Assembly: GCA_951406725.2 (NCBI GenBank)
Contig: OX597816.1
Coordinates: forward strand, 69,750,001-69,814,000
DNA: 64,000 nucleotides
From: Octopus vulgaris
Taxonomy: Eukaryota
Reading direction: 5' to 3'
Shown here: in pieces, positions 1-14,363 of the stretch
How positions within the stretch are numbered: position 1 is the first letter of the stretch
Layout of the letters: each line of letters starts with the position of its first letter
Translations under genes and position numbers: made by a program
Notes under the pieces: generated by a model
The model's input: the letters and a program-made list of their open reading frames with translations, nothing else
The model's database searches: none
Told to the model about the DNA's origin: nothing

Positions 1-1508
1 ATTTATTTTCATGTTCCCTTACAATAATCACGGTAGCTTAGATGGATAGTTTTCTGCATTACCAGGTGAAGGAGAATGAGAGCGGTGGATTACTGCTATG
101 TAAGTCTGTTTATTGTTCCAGAACACGAAATTTGGACATACACAGTTCACTTCTATAAACAGAGGTATCAATACTGTACTGTGTTCTGTTTTTCCATAAC
201 TATGCTTTCGAGATAGCAGTATGGGTGGTCACGTCCACTTATTCTAAATACGCTGCTGTAGTTTTCAAGAATTACCGTTTCGTTTCTGGTAGCTTGAGCT
301 CTCACATTCAATTAGTGTAAAGAAAAAATGTTGGTACCTCTTGAGAAAAGGCGTAAATATTACTGTCCTAATATAGTTCTACATAATTAATAATCAGGTC
401 GACCAATGTTAAAGACTATCCGGGATCTGAGTTCAGACAGTTTTTAATTTAATTTTTCAGTCAAACTATAAATTAGGTTTACATTATCTAATGTACCGTC
501 CATATTTATAACTCCACCGAAAGGTTAGGGTTCAAAAATACTTGGCTGCTATTTCTAGCATATTGAGTAAATACATAGAAGCACCCTATTCGTTGAAAGA
601 ACAAAATGTGCTTCCATTCACTTCCTCCATGTTTATTAGGAATCTTTACTTTAATGGATTTATCTTTTTAAATAATTAAATAAGATTTTCAGTGAAATCG
701 GAGACACGCAGTTTATTGAAATGAAAACAAAGTATTTGTAGAATCTGGAATTTAATTAAACGTTGATGTTTAAGGATTTCTTCATTAATCATCTGACGTA
801 TTATTGACATTCATTTCACGTAAATGTGTGCACACATTAGCGGAGATACTTCATGTGAACGCTTTTTGCCTTCCAGTCCTAATAATATTTACATATAGAA
901 ATAAAGCTTTTGAAAGATACTTCTGGTCAGAAATTTACGTAAAGCTTGACCTCTAAACGAATCAATGATATTTGTTCATTGTCACGAAAAAAAAAACAAA
1001 AACTAACAATTCTGTTTATTCATTGACTTGGACTGATCTTATTCTAACCGACCCTGAAATGAGAGACGTAGTTGACCTTTGGACGATTGGAGTCAGAATA
1101 GAAAGTCAGAATGAATACCTCTAAGTATGTTGTTATTCGCTTTAATGAATCTGTTATTTCCCTGTTTCATTATCAGTCATTGTTTCTCTCTTTTTTAGTA
1201 AGGAAAGTAATTTATTATCCGATAGGAATCCAATACGGAACAAATCATCTTTTTTCATTTATCCAGCTCTAACGGACGCAAATACTTTCGGAGACTGGTT
1301 CCTCTTAAATAAATGTGTTCCCCATGAGAAGAAAATTCTTATTTGTAAGATGGCTAGAACGAGTTATTTACTACAGCATTAACTCTTGCGTTTTGCTGTG
1401 TATTTACAGTCTTCCAATTGTTGCAAGAACACCGAACAACGTCATATTTTACAAATAACAAAGCTTTTATTAGCATTTTCAAAATTCATCTCTGCCTTTC
1501 CTTGGTTG

Positions 1509-1638
<130 letters not shown>

Positions 1639-2836
1639 GTTATATGATGCTGTTAGGAATAGTAGCACCACGTGGATGGTGCAAAAATTCCAGCGAAGCC
1701 ATGAGAAACACGCTGGAGTGCGACTCTAATAGCTGGTGTATAACATCTAACTAGTGAGTCCACATAACTATTTCATGAAACCCGATCTGAAGAAATCCCT
1801 TCTGTAGGTCACATCCAGTGCGTGCTACATATTCAGTCTTATCGACAAGTTTCTAGGTTTCTCTTTCCTCTAACGGGAATAACATTAGAACGTCTTAGTA
1901 ATACTTGTAAACATAAAAGACAAAAGCTATACATGGTCACTACGCCAAAAAGGTCCAGCTATCAAATTTAGTTCAGCTAATGAGAGGTCATTTATGTGAC
2001 CACTATATTTGTTCTAAAAAGAACCTAAATCTCTCTCAGTCCACACCGTATTGTCTTAAAAGGCGACACATCAGATAATGAAGTTTGGAATACGTTAATG
2101 CTGAAAAAATGTGGGAGCCGAGTCCTCAATACCTATAGTTAAATGTTGCTCAGCTGGGGTTGACGTTGTATCAAGCAACACCAACAATACTGACAATATA
2201 TATACCTCGAGGTGAAGGTAAATAATTTGTGAAATTGGAGTAGAAATCTAAATGAAGATTTCTTTACAAAACTGTATTCTTGATTGTTTGTGTAATTGAA
2301 AATGTTGTCACATTGCGTGCTTTTATTCTTCACTGTTTTGCTATAAATTAAGTTACTTGCCTCAATATAGTGGAAGCTAAATTGATGATTTTTCAGTTAT
2401 CACTTACTTTTCTGAACAGTAAATTAAAATTCCTCCGGGCACCGTATCTTAATTAAAATTACTTCTAATTAATGATATACAACACATATATTAATTAACG
2501 TTAGCTTTAACAGACATATAAAGAAATGTTTGTCTTTTTTCTTTTCTTACACAGGTAGAATTCATGAAGTTTCTCTTTGTTTTGTGCATTAACACACACA
2601 TTAAGAATCACACATACACAGAATCACACGCACACACACACACACACACACACATACACACACATATATATATATAGATATACAGATAATAAATGCGTAT
2701 GTACTTATATATGTATGCATGTATAAGCATGTATTTGTGCCTGTGTATATATATATATGTATGTATATGTGTATTTTCATATATAAAATGTATGTGTATA
2801 TATATGTATGTTTATATGTATTTTTATATATAAAAT

Positions 2837-2869
<33 letters not shown>

Positions 2870-2881
2870 CATACATACATA

Positions 2882-2942
<61 letters not shown>

Positions 2943-2944
2943 TA

Positions 2945-3147
2945 CGGAGATGTACTCGCATAGCAAGTAATTTGATCTGAGATCGTGTGCTGAAACGAAA
3001 ACAATTGCAGCGTGGAAGGTGTTTATAGGCCATTTAAGAAACACACAAAAGCCGTTCGATTCACTCCAACATTTAAGTTTAATTTGTCAAAATATTTTCG
3101 TCGCTAAAATCCGCGACCTGTTCACTGACAAAGTCCGTGCTGCATCT
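2945..3147 (-). mobile_element. Penelope-like element terminal (pLTR) fragment, family 1
   Basis: Carries a hammerhead fold (3083-3132). Its downstream ~100 bp aligns by eye with 17990-18090 on the + strand. The 3' end runs into the (TA)n tract ending at ~2940. Confidence 0.6.
3083..3132 (-). ncRNA. Minimal type I hammerhead ribozyme variant (G3-C8 core)
   Basis: Minus strand reads tttgtca-GTGAACA-g-gtcgc(ggatttta)gcgac-GAAA-atat-TT-tgacaaa: 7-bp stem I, 5-bp stem II, palindromic AATATT stem III. Confidence 0.65.
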
Positions 3148-3551
3148 AAGAAAGTAACAGTTAGTTCGTCATATATATGTACGTATGTATGTGTGTATGT
3201 ATGCATACATGTGTGTATGTATGTACGTATGCATGTAAGCACATACGCCTGTGTATGCATGTATGTATGTATGTATGTATGTATGTATGTATGTATGTAT
3301 ATATGTATGTGTGTGTGTATACATACACTCTATAAAACATAAAGTTGTAAACCTGTAGCGATGGATGGATGTAGAGTGACCACTCATCACAACGCTATCA
3401 AATTTCAACTCCCTACGGCCGAGGCTAGAAAGTGAATTTATGACGCTTGCTCACAAGAACTATACCCTAAAATCTATTATCAGATTTTTATCTCTATATC
3501 ACAGAACTAATGTTTTACTATTGTTCGTATATATGTATGTATGTGCGTATG

Positions 3552-3621
<70 letters not shown>

Positions 3622-3890
3622 GATAAATAGGTAGTCGGATGGGGAGGAAAGGAGGGAGGCAGTTGAGCCAACGATAGGAAGTAGTATTGAGAACATGCAG
3701 CATTTGTACGCGTGATGCCTTTCTATTCCACATCACTCAAACTTTCCCAGGTGCAGATGCGCGTTTACATCGTCATACGTGCATCGATAGTCTTCGTAGA
3801 ATTGAAACGTAGCTTCTGGGCTAATCCTAGAATATTTACAAGATTCCATTGATCAGATTTTGTCATGTAAATTGAGTGATAAAAGTATAT

Positions 3891-4048
3891 CAGCGTGGCC
3901 GCGTGGTGAGATGCTTGCTTCCTAGCCATATATTTCTGTGTTTAGTTCCACTGCGTGGCATATTAGACAATTGTTTTCTGCTATTCCCTCTGACTGAACC
4001 AAAGCCTTGCGAGTTGATTTGCTAGACGGAAATTGAATGAACCCTGTC

Positions 4049-4123
<75 letters not shown>

Positions 4124-4151
4124 TATATATATATTTGTGTTTGCATGTGTG

Positions 4152-4203
<52 letters not shown>

Positions 4204-4477
4204 TATATATGTATGTATGTATGTGCGTAGTATGCATGTATACATCTATGTGTGTATTTTGTTTCTGTAAATGCTCTCCCATCACCGTATGACAAACGTC
4301 GTTGATGTGTTTACGTTCGTGTAACTTATTAGTTCATCGAAAGAGACCGATAAACTAAATACTAAGCTTAAGAAATAAATCTTGATGTCGAAGTGTTCAA
4401 CTAAAACCCTGAAAGCCGATGTTCCATCATGGCCGCATTTAAATGACTGAAACAAGTAAAAGAGCAAAAGAGTAAAA
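3891..4477 (+). mobile_element. tRNA-derived SINE family C (internal TA/TG microsatellite), diverged
   Basis: Homologous to 62377-62856 and 38547-38955; ends aaatgactgaaacaagtaaaagag repeats. Confidence 0.8.
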
Positions 4478-4853
4478 TCTGCATACTATATGGTAAACCT
4501 TTATTGTCGTTAATAGTTTATCGTCTTCGGCGAGATCAAGACGTAAGTTTTGAAACTCAGTAAAACTGCTGGTGACGGTAAGAGGATGTCTCGAGTGGCA
4601 AATCGATTGGTCTACTTGTATCAGTTTTATTTATTATGTATTGCTGTGTGATATGCATTTATGTAGGTGCTTTTAAGTTTCCATGACGTTACACAACATG
4701 TAGATAAGCTGTGTTTGTATATCCTGCGATTGTGTTATGTCCAGTTAGAGATTAGGTTAGCTTTCCCAGGTCTACTTAATGGAGTACAAAAAATTACATA
4801 CTGTTGCTATTATCCAGTTCTATATTTAAGAGATGGGGAATTATGTACAATAT

Positions 4854-5007
4854 TTACATTTGACGGATATTTGTCCTCATCTTCTTTGTTAACACAACGT
4901 TTCGGCTGATATACCCTCCAATACACCTGATGAACGCAGGAGGGTATATCAGCTGAGACGTTGTGTTAACAGCTAATAAGATGAGGACAAATATCCGTCA
5001 AATGTAA
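4854..5007. repeat. ~66-bp-arm inverted repeat, probably a PLE pLTR with inverted tail
   Basis: Arms 4854-4919 and 4939-5007 are nearly complementary. The loop contains CTGATGA, and the reverse complement of the left arm contains cagccGAAACgttg. Confidence 0.8.
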
Positions 5008-6166
5008 CTAATGTTCTTATTATGTTAAACTGTCGTGTGTCCAAACTTGGCCAAATGGCGTTTTTCATAATATTTGATTTTGCTTGCAATAGCTGCTCCT
5101 TTTGGTCAAACTTTTGTATCTCCAGCTACTTCAGATGTCAAGATATGAAAATTGCTAAATTAGAGTACAACGGTTTAACATTTTTTTAAAAGTGTAATAA
5201 GTCATACATAGGACAGTTTTGCAAAGCTATTTCTGACTAAAAATATCATAGATGCATGGAGTTACGATTTTATCCACTCAACAAAGCATTATTGCTCAGC
5301 TGAAAATTGATAATGTAAAAAGAATTGGAATGATGAAACTATTTTTTTTGTTTTCTGTAGTAGCAACGTTTTGGACTTGCTACACTTTTGCTTAATAGCA
5401 ATGATATAGTTTTCTTCGGAATTATTAGCTTGTAAGCTCTTGTGATGTCTGGATGTACAATCTCGTAATGATCATGCTGGTCCTGATAACGACGATGACA
5501 ACGAGGACGACGATGGCAATGATGTTGATGATGATAATGTAGCGCTGCTACTGATGTGCTGTAGCTCTATGGCCACACATATTATGAAACTGGATATTTC
5601 TGGTTATCAGTTGGAATTTTGACTTTACAGACTGGAAAGCGTCCCAATTGATGTGTCTCCGATTCTATTGTATGACGGGATTCTGAAAGCGATACTATGT
5701 AAGAATGAAATAGTCACCTTCATGTCCTGAGACTTAAAAAGTTTACAAAATTCGGGTAATTCTTGGGAAATTCTGCCTATATTTGGACACGAACAATGGT
5801 CGCTTCGAGATTGAAAATAGCATAGAACATGTTAAATTGTTTCTCTTTAACTTCGCTGTGAATTGTAGGATAAAGAATCGTAGAAATACAGTAATTAATC
5901 TGTAAAATCATTCTTCACTAGTCGGTCATTTTGTATAAGAAATAACCCTCTTGAAGATCTCATTTCCCACGGAAAATTTGAAGGATTTTTTGTTGATGTC
6001 GGTAACTACACTTATAATCGTACCTGGATGTTTCGACAGATTTCTACGGTTAATCTTCCAGGAGATACAGAAAGTTTTCTCATTGCGATACTGCTGATGT
6101 TGGCAGTGACACTCAGTATATTGAAGCTTTCGGCTCAGGACCTATATATATGATATATATTCATAT

Positions 6167-6200
<34 letters not shown>

Positions 6201-6761
6201 ACATAAAAAAATAAGACATAATGATACGAAGCTTTCACATGAGTAAAAAAGAGGGGCAGACAAAAAGAAAGAAAATGTCTCTTGCATCTAAAAACTATGG
6301 AAATATATATATATATATATAAACACATGCACTTACATATATACACATACATACATACATGCAAAACTACATACATACAAGTATGCATGCATCCACACCT
6401 ACATGCTTCTCTGTTCAATTTCTGTTGACTGCACTCTGATGTGCTGATATTCCTTCTCCACTTCTCACTGCTTTCTTTCATTTCAGAAAAAGTCTTAAGC
6501 AGATAAAAATCTATTTCGAATGAAATTTAATTTTCCAAGTTTACTCTGATACGTTCTCCTGGCTATATTTAACACCTTATATAGATGCCATAGATAAATG
6601 AGTTCTTGGCAGTGCACCTCTCAAATTGGTATTGGTAATAGGAAATATATGCACCTCTGGTCCTGCATATGTGTCTGTTCAGTTGTATTTGTGAGTATAT
6701 GCTTTCGTGTATATACATATACACATATATACATATACATACACGCACACTCATATACATG

Positions 6762-6798
<37 letters not shown>

Positions 6799-6914
6799 TT
6801 GTGTTGCAAGAAACCTGATTTGAAGTCACATGCTGAAAATTATATAGCTGTATTTCGGGATGGTCATTTCTTTTTATTTATTTTGTCTGTTTTATTTTGC
6901 GAAATAAAAAATAA

Positions 6915-7043
6915 AACATTCACAATATATTCGTTTCTTACTGTTCTGAAGAGCACACATGAAGAAGGAAAGCGTCGCTGATGAAAGTGTTCCAGACAAT
7001 GGACATGAGTTAGAATAAGAACAGTAATAAACGAGTGAAGAAC

Positions 7044-7046
<3 letters not shown>
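6915..7046 (+). mobile_element. Degenerate PLE terminal fragment with eroded hammerhead-like fold
   Basis: tactgtt-CTGAAGA...catgagt...aacagta; stem I intact but GAAA lost; followed by (TA)n. Confidence 0.35.
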
Positions 7047-7087
<41 letters not shown>

Positions 7088-7100
7088 CAGTATATATATG

Positions 7101-7163
<63 letters not shown>

Positions 7164-7293
7164 TGTGAAAATTACAAAGGTAGAAAAATTAGAAAAAGTT
7201 TCATATAGGTAACTAGCCAAACATATTTTCACATATAAGAGTGTATAAGTATTTATACACAGGGAGGTATATATAATACAATATGCAACACAA

Positions 7294-7351
<58 letters not shown>

Positions 7352-8267
7352 ATATATATATGTGTGTGTGTGTGTATGTATATATATACTGTAAAAATAA
7401 ATATAATTAATATAATTAAGGTTGGTTATACTTCCTAATATTATAATTATGTATGTATATATATATACGCGCGTGTGTGTACGTGTGCTTGCGTGTGTGT
7501 GTATGCATGCATATGTGAGAAAGTTTCTTTGTGTATGTGTAGAAAGAAGTAGACAGACGCACACAGACACACATGAACATGCATATATACACATGTATAT
7601 ATACATACATGCATACGTTCATATTTATTTATCATATTTTTGAAAACTAATGGATTTGATTTTTTTATACTTATTTTTATGTATGTGTGTCAGTAAAACT
7701 GATACACGAAATTCAATTTACGATACAAAAAAAATTGCAGTTTTAGTTTGGTTAAAACTGCAACGATTTCATAGCAGACCTTTTTACTGTTTGCCTTCAA
7801 AACCATTTGGTGTTATTCCCTGTGTTGTTTTAGGTTTCTGTTTCTCGTGTCAATGACGAAAGACAAGGTTGTCTTTATTTTTAAAACTTCCACACTTCCG
7901 AAATTCGAATTTTAAAGATAGTTTATTCTCCACCTCCAAATCTGTTTTGGGGATAAGAAGTTCATAGTATGCATGACGGAGGTAAAATTAGTTCAAAATA
8001 ACACAAGTGCCTACCTTATCAACTTTGTGAAAAAAACGTCAGCTTTCAAAAGTACTTCAAAATTTTTTTTAAATATATACATACGTGTGTGTGTATATAG
8101 ATATATTACTGTGTGGGAGTGTATGTGTCCATGTCTGTGAATGCATGTATTCTTCATTCATGGGTTAATAAGTCAACCAAGGGTTTCATTCGAAGATCTT
8201 CAAAAGTGTTCAAGCATGCCAAATCCAACAGAAATGATGGTACTCGTTTCCTTTGTGAATGTGAAAA

Positions 8268-8555
8268 CTATATCTTTAGGCCGACCCAGGCCATGTATGT
8301 GGATTTGGTAGACGAAAACTGAAAATACGCGTCGTATGTACATGTGCGAGCGCGTGTGTTTGTGTTTGTCTCTCATCAACACTTGGTAACTGATATTGAC
8401 GTGTTTACAATACCGTAACTCAGCGGTTCGACAAAAACTGTTAGAGACTGTTCCAGTCTTAGCAAAAAAGAACAGTACTGTGGTAGATTCATTCAACTAA
8501 AATCATAAAGTCTCGGCCCCAATCTGGCCGAAGCCGGATGAGTGGCACAGTTAAG
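8268..8555 (+). mobile_element. SINE family C, truncated and diverged
   Basis: gtggatttggtagacgaaaactgaaa and cgtaactcagcggttcgacaaaa match family C. Confidence 0.7.
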
Positions 8556-8935
8556 GTATATGAGAAATATATGATGCGCCTATATATATATATATATATA
8601 TATATAAATACTTATGTTTGTGTCTATATTTATGTGCGTAGGTTGGTATACGTATGTATGTGTGTGTGTTTAGAAATGTATAATTAAAGATTATATTCGA
8701 TTTTTTTGTGGACCAACTTAGCTGTGATATATGTAGTGAGAATTACTTCAAGTGCGGATATATCGTTTTGCAGAGAATTTGATATATTCATTTGCGTTGT
8801 GTTAAAAATTGCCGTCAGGTTTTACTTACTCTCTTATCTTTCGCCTTTGATAAACTAGATGCAATTTCTCAAGTCCATACAATGAGCTCTACACCCGAAA
8901 CCAAAAAGGATATGTCGTTGTAGAAATATTTGATC

Positions 8936-9006
8936 TATTATTATTATTATTATTGTTGTTGTTGTTGTTGTTGTCGTCATCATCATCATCATCATCATCG
9001 TATTCA

Positions 9007-9073
<67 letters not shown>

Positions 9074-9093
9074 CATTATTATTATTATCATTA
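8936..9093. repeat. Compound trinucleotide microsatellite (TTA/TTG/TCA)
   Basis: Directly visible. Confidence 0.95.
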
Positions 9094-10000
9094 TATATCA
9101 TTCAATACTGGAGACAGTTTTGTCGATCGTTCAACCGAAAATCCAAACATACGATGTTTTCGCACTATGTCTGTCTCAGATTTCTCTACTATCTCTATTT
9201 CCTTTCCTGTTTTAAAGTTCTTGACATCGATTTTTTAAAGCTTTTTGAGGGAATTGCAAACAACGGTAATTTGGGATTCTCAAACATTTTTTCTTTCTTT
9301 TTAACTTATTTATTTTCCGACGCTTATTCAAGAACTGTAACACATCTCTTACGAGATTGATTCTTCCTTGTAAACTACATTTTTGAAGATGTTTATATAT
9401 GCTGTTTTGTAAGTTATTTGATCAATTGATACAATATTGAGATATTGTATTATTTTACTTTAGCATATAGGGTTTGCGAAAGGTCACCCGTTAGTATATC
9501 AACATTCCATTAATACTTAATATTCAATTTTATTTATTCCTTTATGAAAATGTGTCGCTCAAGAAGGTCTTCACTTTGAACAATTTTCATGTTGATTCAT
9601 ATTTAGATGCTTTTATTAAATTCATTCAGTTGTTAAACACAAATAAATCTTGGAATTAAATGGTTTTGATTTACTGTCAGGTGAATTTCGGCCAAACATT
9701 TATATTTTGAAATATTAGGCAGCTGTTACTTTTGTCCATTAAACACCATATCCAGAGATCTTGTTTCTATAGATATCAAATCTAATCTATGTTACTTTCA
9801 CTACATTAAACATAATCACTCCAAATATACTGTATTTATTGTTTTGCCTACGCACACACACCCACACATTTTGTATATATATATATTCATACACAGAATT
9901 ACATGCATATATACGTATATTCATGTGTTTATATAAGTTTGCACTCACACACACACACACACACATACAAACGTATACTTGTGTGTGGGATTTAGTATTA

Positions 10001-10312
10001 ATCACCGTGATCACCGTGACCGACCAGGCTATCAGATATTGCTACACATCGCTGGTCACAATGCGCTTCGCATTGTTTTAGCCTTCAAACGACGCCACCC
10101 CGCTGGCTAAGCGAGCAGGCAAACAGAAGAAAGAGTGAGAGAAAGTTATGGTGAAAGAGTACGGCAGGGATCACCACCACCCCCTGCCGCAGCCTCGTGG
10201 AGCTTTAGGTGTTTTCGCTCAACAAACACTCACAAGGCCCGATCTTGGAATCGAAACCGCGATCCTAGAACCGCGAGTACGCTGTCCTAACCACCTTGCC
10301 ATTGCACCTCCA
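10001..10312 (-). mobile_element. tRNA-derived SINE family D with RTE-type 3' tail
   Basis: Head tggcaaggtgg (A box) ... ggtttcgattcc (B box). Tail ctggtcggtcacggtgatcacggtgat matches the RTE 3' end at ~56510-56566. Confidence 0.85.
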
Positions 10313-10315
10313 TTA

Positions 10316-10412
<97 letters not shown>

Positions 10413-12081
10413 TATATATTAAGGATCTCATGTTCATCGATCAAATTCTCCACACTTCCTAATTCTTTTCGTTAATCCTCGAGGGAATGTAGAGACGTAT
10501 CACAAATGGACTGAAACCAAAGCAGAATTTGCCATGAAACTACATCTACCTGGCCTAACTGCATATCCTTTATTGACTTTAACAGCTACAAAAAAATAAT
10601 ATATTTAGATGATATCATGAATCTTAGTTTGCTAATATAATGTATGATAAAGATGATATTTTCTAATTATACTCTCACATTATTCACAATATTTGTTCCT
10701 ATTGACATTATCATTGTGTCACGAAATATCTTACAAGCCTAGTCTAGATTGTTTATGTATGCAAAAGAACCGGTGATACATAAAAAAAACAATAAGCTCA
10801 ACTTTCTCTCAATATTTGATTTGTTCTCTCTTTAATATGCCACTGGAAAGTACTGATTCAGCATCGCTATCATCAAAAGCGTTACCGTCGTGACTATCCC
10901 ATTTCTTATCTAGAAACATTATATTAGAATATGTCAGTCAATATGTCTGGTCAATAGAATATGTCTTGTAGCCATAAAAGCACCTGACGTAGCAAATCAG
11001 ACAACAGTGTAGTGTCTCCTTTGTTGCTTGTACAGTAATCCACTGAGAAAAACACACAGCAAGACTGTAGTTCTTGTTATTTTTGTGATCGTTGTTGCTG
11101 TTGTTTTGTTAGTTTTTTCTTAGAAAATCCGTCCTAATTCAGGAGACCTATGATCAGAAATGCATCAATCACGACTGCTCCGTAACTCTCCATATTCAGG
11201 ACTGGATCAAATACCGTATTCTTTCCTTTAAATGGTGTAATTAGTGGAAAGAGGGATTTAAGTGCTATTTCAGACAGGACAGACGGCTATGTGGATGCTT
11301 CTACAGTTCTGCAGTAAAATTAAATTCCACCATGAGATTGCTGGTGTTGTTGTTTACTGCCATATGAGACACGTCCTGTCCTTTATCATAGATGCATTTC
11401 AATTATAGTTTAGGAGGAAAGAAACTAGATTTTATTTTCTTAAAGACGTTTGTTTACTATTTCTAGCATTGAGCGACTTTGTTATTCAGCGGTTCTCATA
11501 TTTGATTTCAGGAAATTCTAAGGTTCTCCAAAGTTACTCCTGGGGGTCTGTGAGCGATGTTAAAAGCATCAAAAATCCTGCAGTGTAGAATATATAATCA
11601 CTCAGGTACGTATATGTGTTCCATTACCTGTATCTCTCACCCTATAAATTACCTGCAATTAATCCTGCAATAGACTGGCCTACCGATCAGTAGGGTGTTC
11701 TGGCCTTGCTAACTTATATGCCACAGAAACCGGATAGCAAGCCTGCAGAAAAATGATATAATACTTTGAAAAGCTTGCAATCAGAGAGAAAATCCATTTA
11801 AATATATAGGGAAGAGAGGTGTTAAAATATTGGAAACCACTGAGGTATTTGCTTCCTTTTTTGTCTTGAATAAGTACCAGTAACATTGACTTAATGTGTC
11901 CCATTTAGTCTAATGTATGTGCATTGAAAATTGGTTGTTAATAACCTTCAGTTAGAATTCATAATTAAATTCATGTTTCAGCACAACCAGACGACACACG
12001 CGATCCGATAAGACTTAGTAACAGGTACCATACCTATGCTCTCTCTCTGTATCTGTCCCTATACCTCTGTCTGTCTGTATG

Positions 12082-12126
<45 letters not shown>

Positions 12127-13399
12127 TATTGTTTTAGCTAGAACATTCAGGTTCTGTCGTCCGGCTGGTAAACGGGCTGCACTATTATCTGGTTGGTACT
12201 CACAGCAGTTGAATAGACCGAAGCAATGTAAAATGATGTGCTTTGCTCATGAACAGCATTCGCCGTTTAATCTTGGAATTGGACCTACGCCCATTGACCA
12301 TGAGTCGAACATCGTGTTCATTATGTCATTCGCCTTTACGTAACATTAACACCATGGCGTGCCAAAATGACTAACAAATTGGACAAATATTCTTATATTA
12401 TTTTTCGTGGTTTTCATTTATAACATCAACTTTTATGAGACAGGGAAATGTATGAATGCCGAATCTTCTATATCCAATTTCAAACATTATAAATGTGTTT
12501 GGCTGTGCCTCGTGATTAATATTAAAAGTTGTAGATCTAGATAAAAGATTAAAAAAATAAATATGCATTACAGTTCATGGCAACATTAAAAAAATATTTG
12601 TTTGAAATATTGATTAGTTTTCAGATGCTTTGCATTTTGATAAATTGTATCTAAATTTCTATTGTGCATATCGATTAGGTTACTTCTTAAATCAACGATG
12701 GTCTGAGTGTGTGGGAGTACATAATCAAGAAATCCAAGAAAGAGCTTCTATATGACCGTAAGGCTTGCTAGAAACAACAGCTCAAAATATCTTTGAAAAT
12801 ATTTTCAGGAAAAAAGGGCACATTTTATAATGTAGTCAGATTTCGTACTTTTAAAAGAATTAGATTTTCATGATAGAACATAATTGACGACAAGACAGTT
12901 ATTAGGATCTACCTAGGGTTAACCATTTTCCTATGCAAAGCAATTTCATGTCCTTCTTTGCTAGTTTTCAGTCCTTTATCTTCTATTATAAGACCCAAGT
13001 TAAACTGATAGAAAATGGGTATATGGAGCATATAAAATGCATGGACGCCAGGGAATACCTGTTCTACACAGGGCAGGCAACATTTGATTACATAATTTAG
13101 TTTCTTTGTAAAGTGTGTTAACAAAAAGTAAAATATGACATCATATTTAATAATTACGAAGTCTAAGCAGTTCTCTTTGCCCGTATAACTTGAAGCATAT
13201 TCATGTGTATCTAATATACGTATATCACATAAATGTATAAAAGTACTGGTACCGGTGTAATGGTCGAACAGTAGGCCTCTAAAATTGCCAAAATTTTAAA
13301 CCATTATACATGTATATATATATATATATGTAACGAAATTCTAAGGTCCTCCAAACTTACTCATGAAAAAATGATTTAAAATTTGTATGTACGGTTATG

Positions 13400-13454
<55 letters not shown>

Positions 13455-14363
13455 AAAAGTAGCTTACACATTCGAAATATATTGGTTTCAAATTTTGGCA
13501 TGACGATTACGTCGACCCCACCGCCGAATGAGGCATTTCATTAAGTAGAAAAAATCTAACGTTTTGGGAAGTAACACGTCGTAAGTGGAACTTGAAATAT
13601 CAGGCAGTGTTAATGGATAGACTGGGCTTAGTGAGACAAGCTGAGTGGGAGAGACAAACAGACAGGCATAGATAGAAAGAAATAGTGTGTGTGCGTGTGA
13701 GAGAGAATAAAGAGAGGGACAAACGTGAGCTAAAACAGAAACAGAAGAAGATAGCGGTGAAATACATAATTTAGATTGCTAGCATATTCAAATATGAACA
13801 TTTTATATGGCTAGGCATACCTGCGTGCTTGATCACACTGCGTAGCACATTGGAAAAGTGTTTTGTATTATAGCCTGGAACTGTCCGATATTTTGTAAGT
13901 GTATTTTAGTGGACAGAGACCCCTGGTATATAGAAACAGTAGCGTAGGGAGAGTTTGTGTTACCAGGAGTAGCCCATGAGCGTGTCACCTCCATCATATG
14001 GTCCCCAAGCTTATATAGACTTATACAGCTGATTCAGAAGTGTCGCTTACATAAAATCACCATCGGATCGCACCGCTCAACAGGTGTGTGTGTATTTGTA
14101 TTTGTCTGTGTTTAGGTTTTCTGGGGCCATCCCAGCTTTCTGCCAAAAGAGGCTGTCTAGTCTTTTGATACCTGTCCATTGATGGAAGAAGTACTAGACA
14201 GAAAGAAATTCTAGAATCGATATGATAACCTATAATTTTTAAAGGTGGAGCTATAGAAGGCTACAGTTCAATGAATGTAAGTAATAATTGACAACGTGAA
14301 TCTTGTGCAAATTTTAATTATTTGTGTTATACGTATCTCTTGCAATTTAGTATAAAGAGATAT

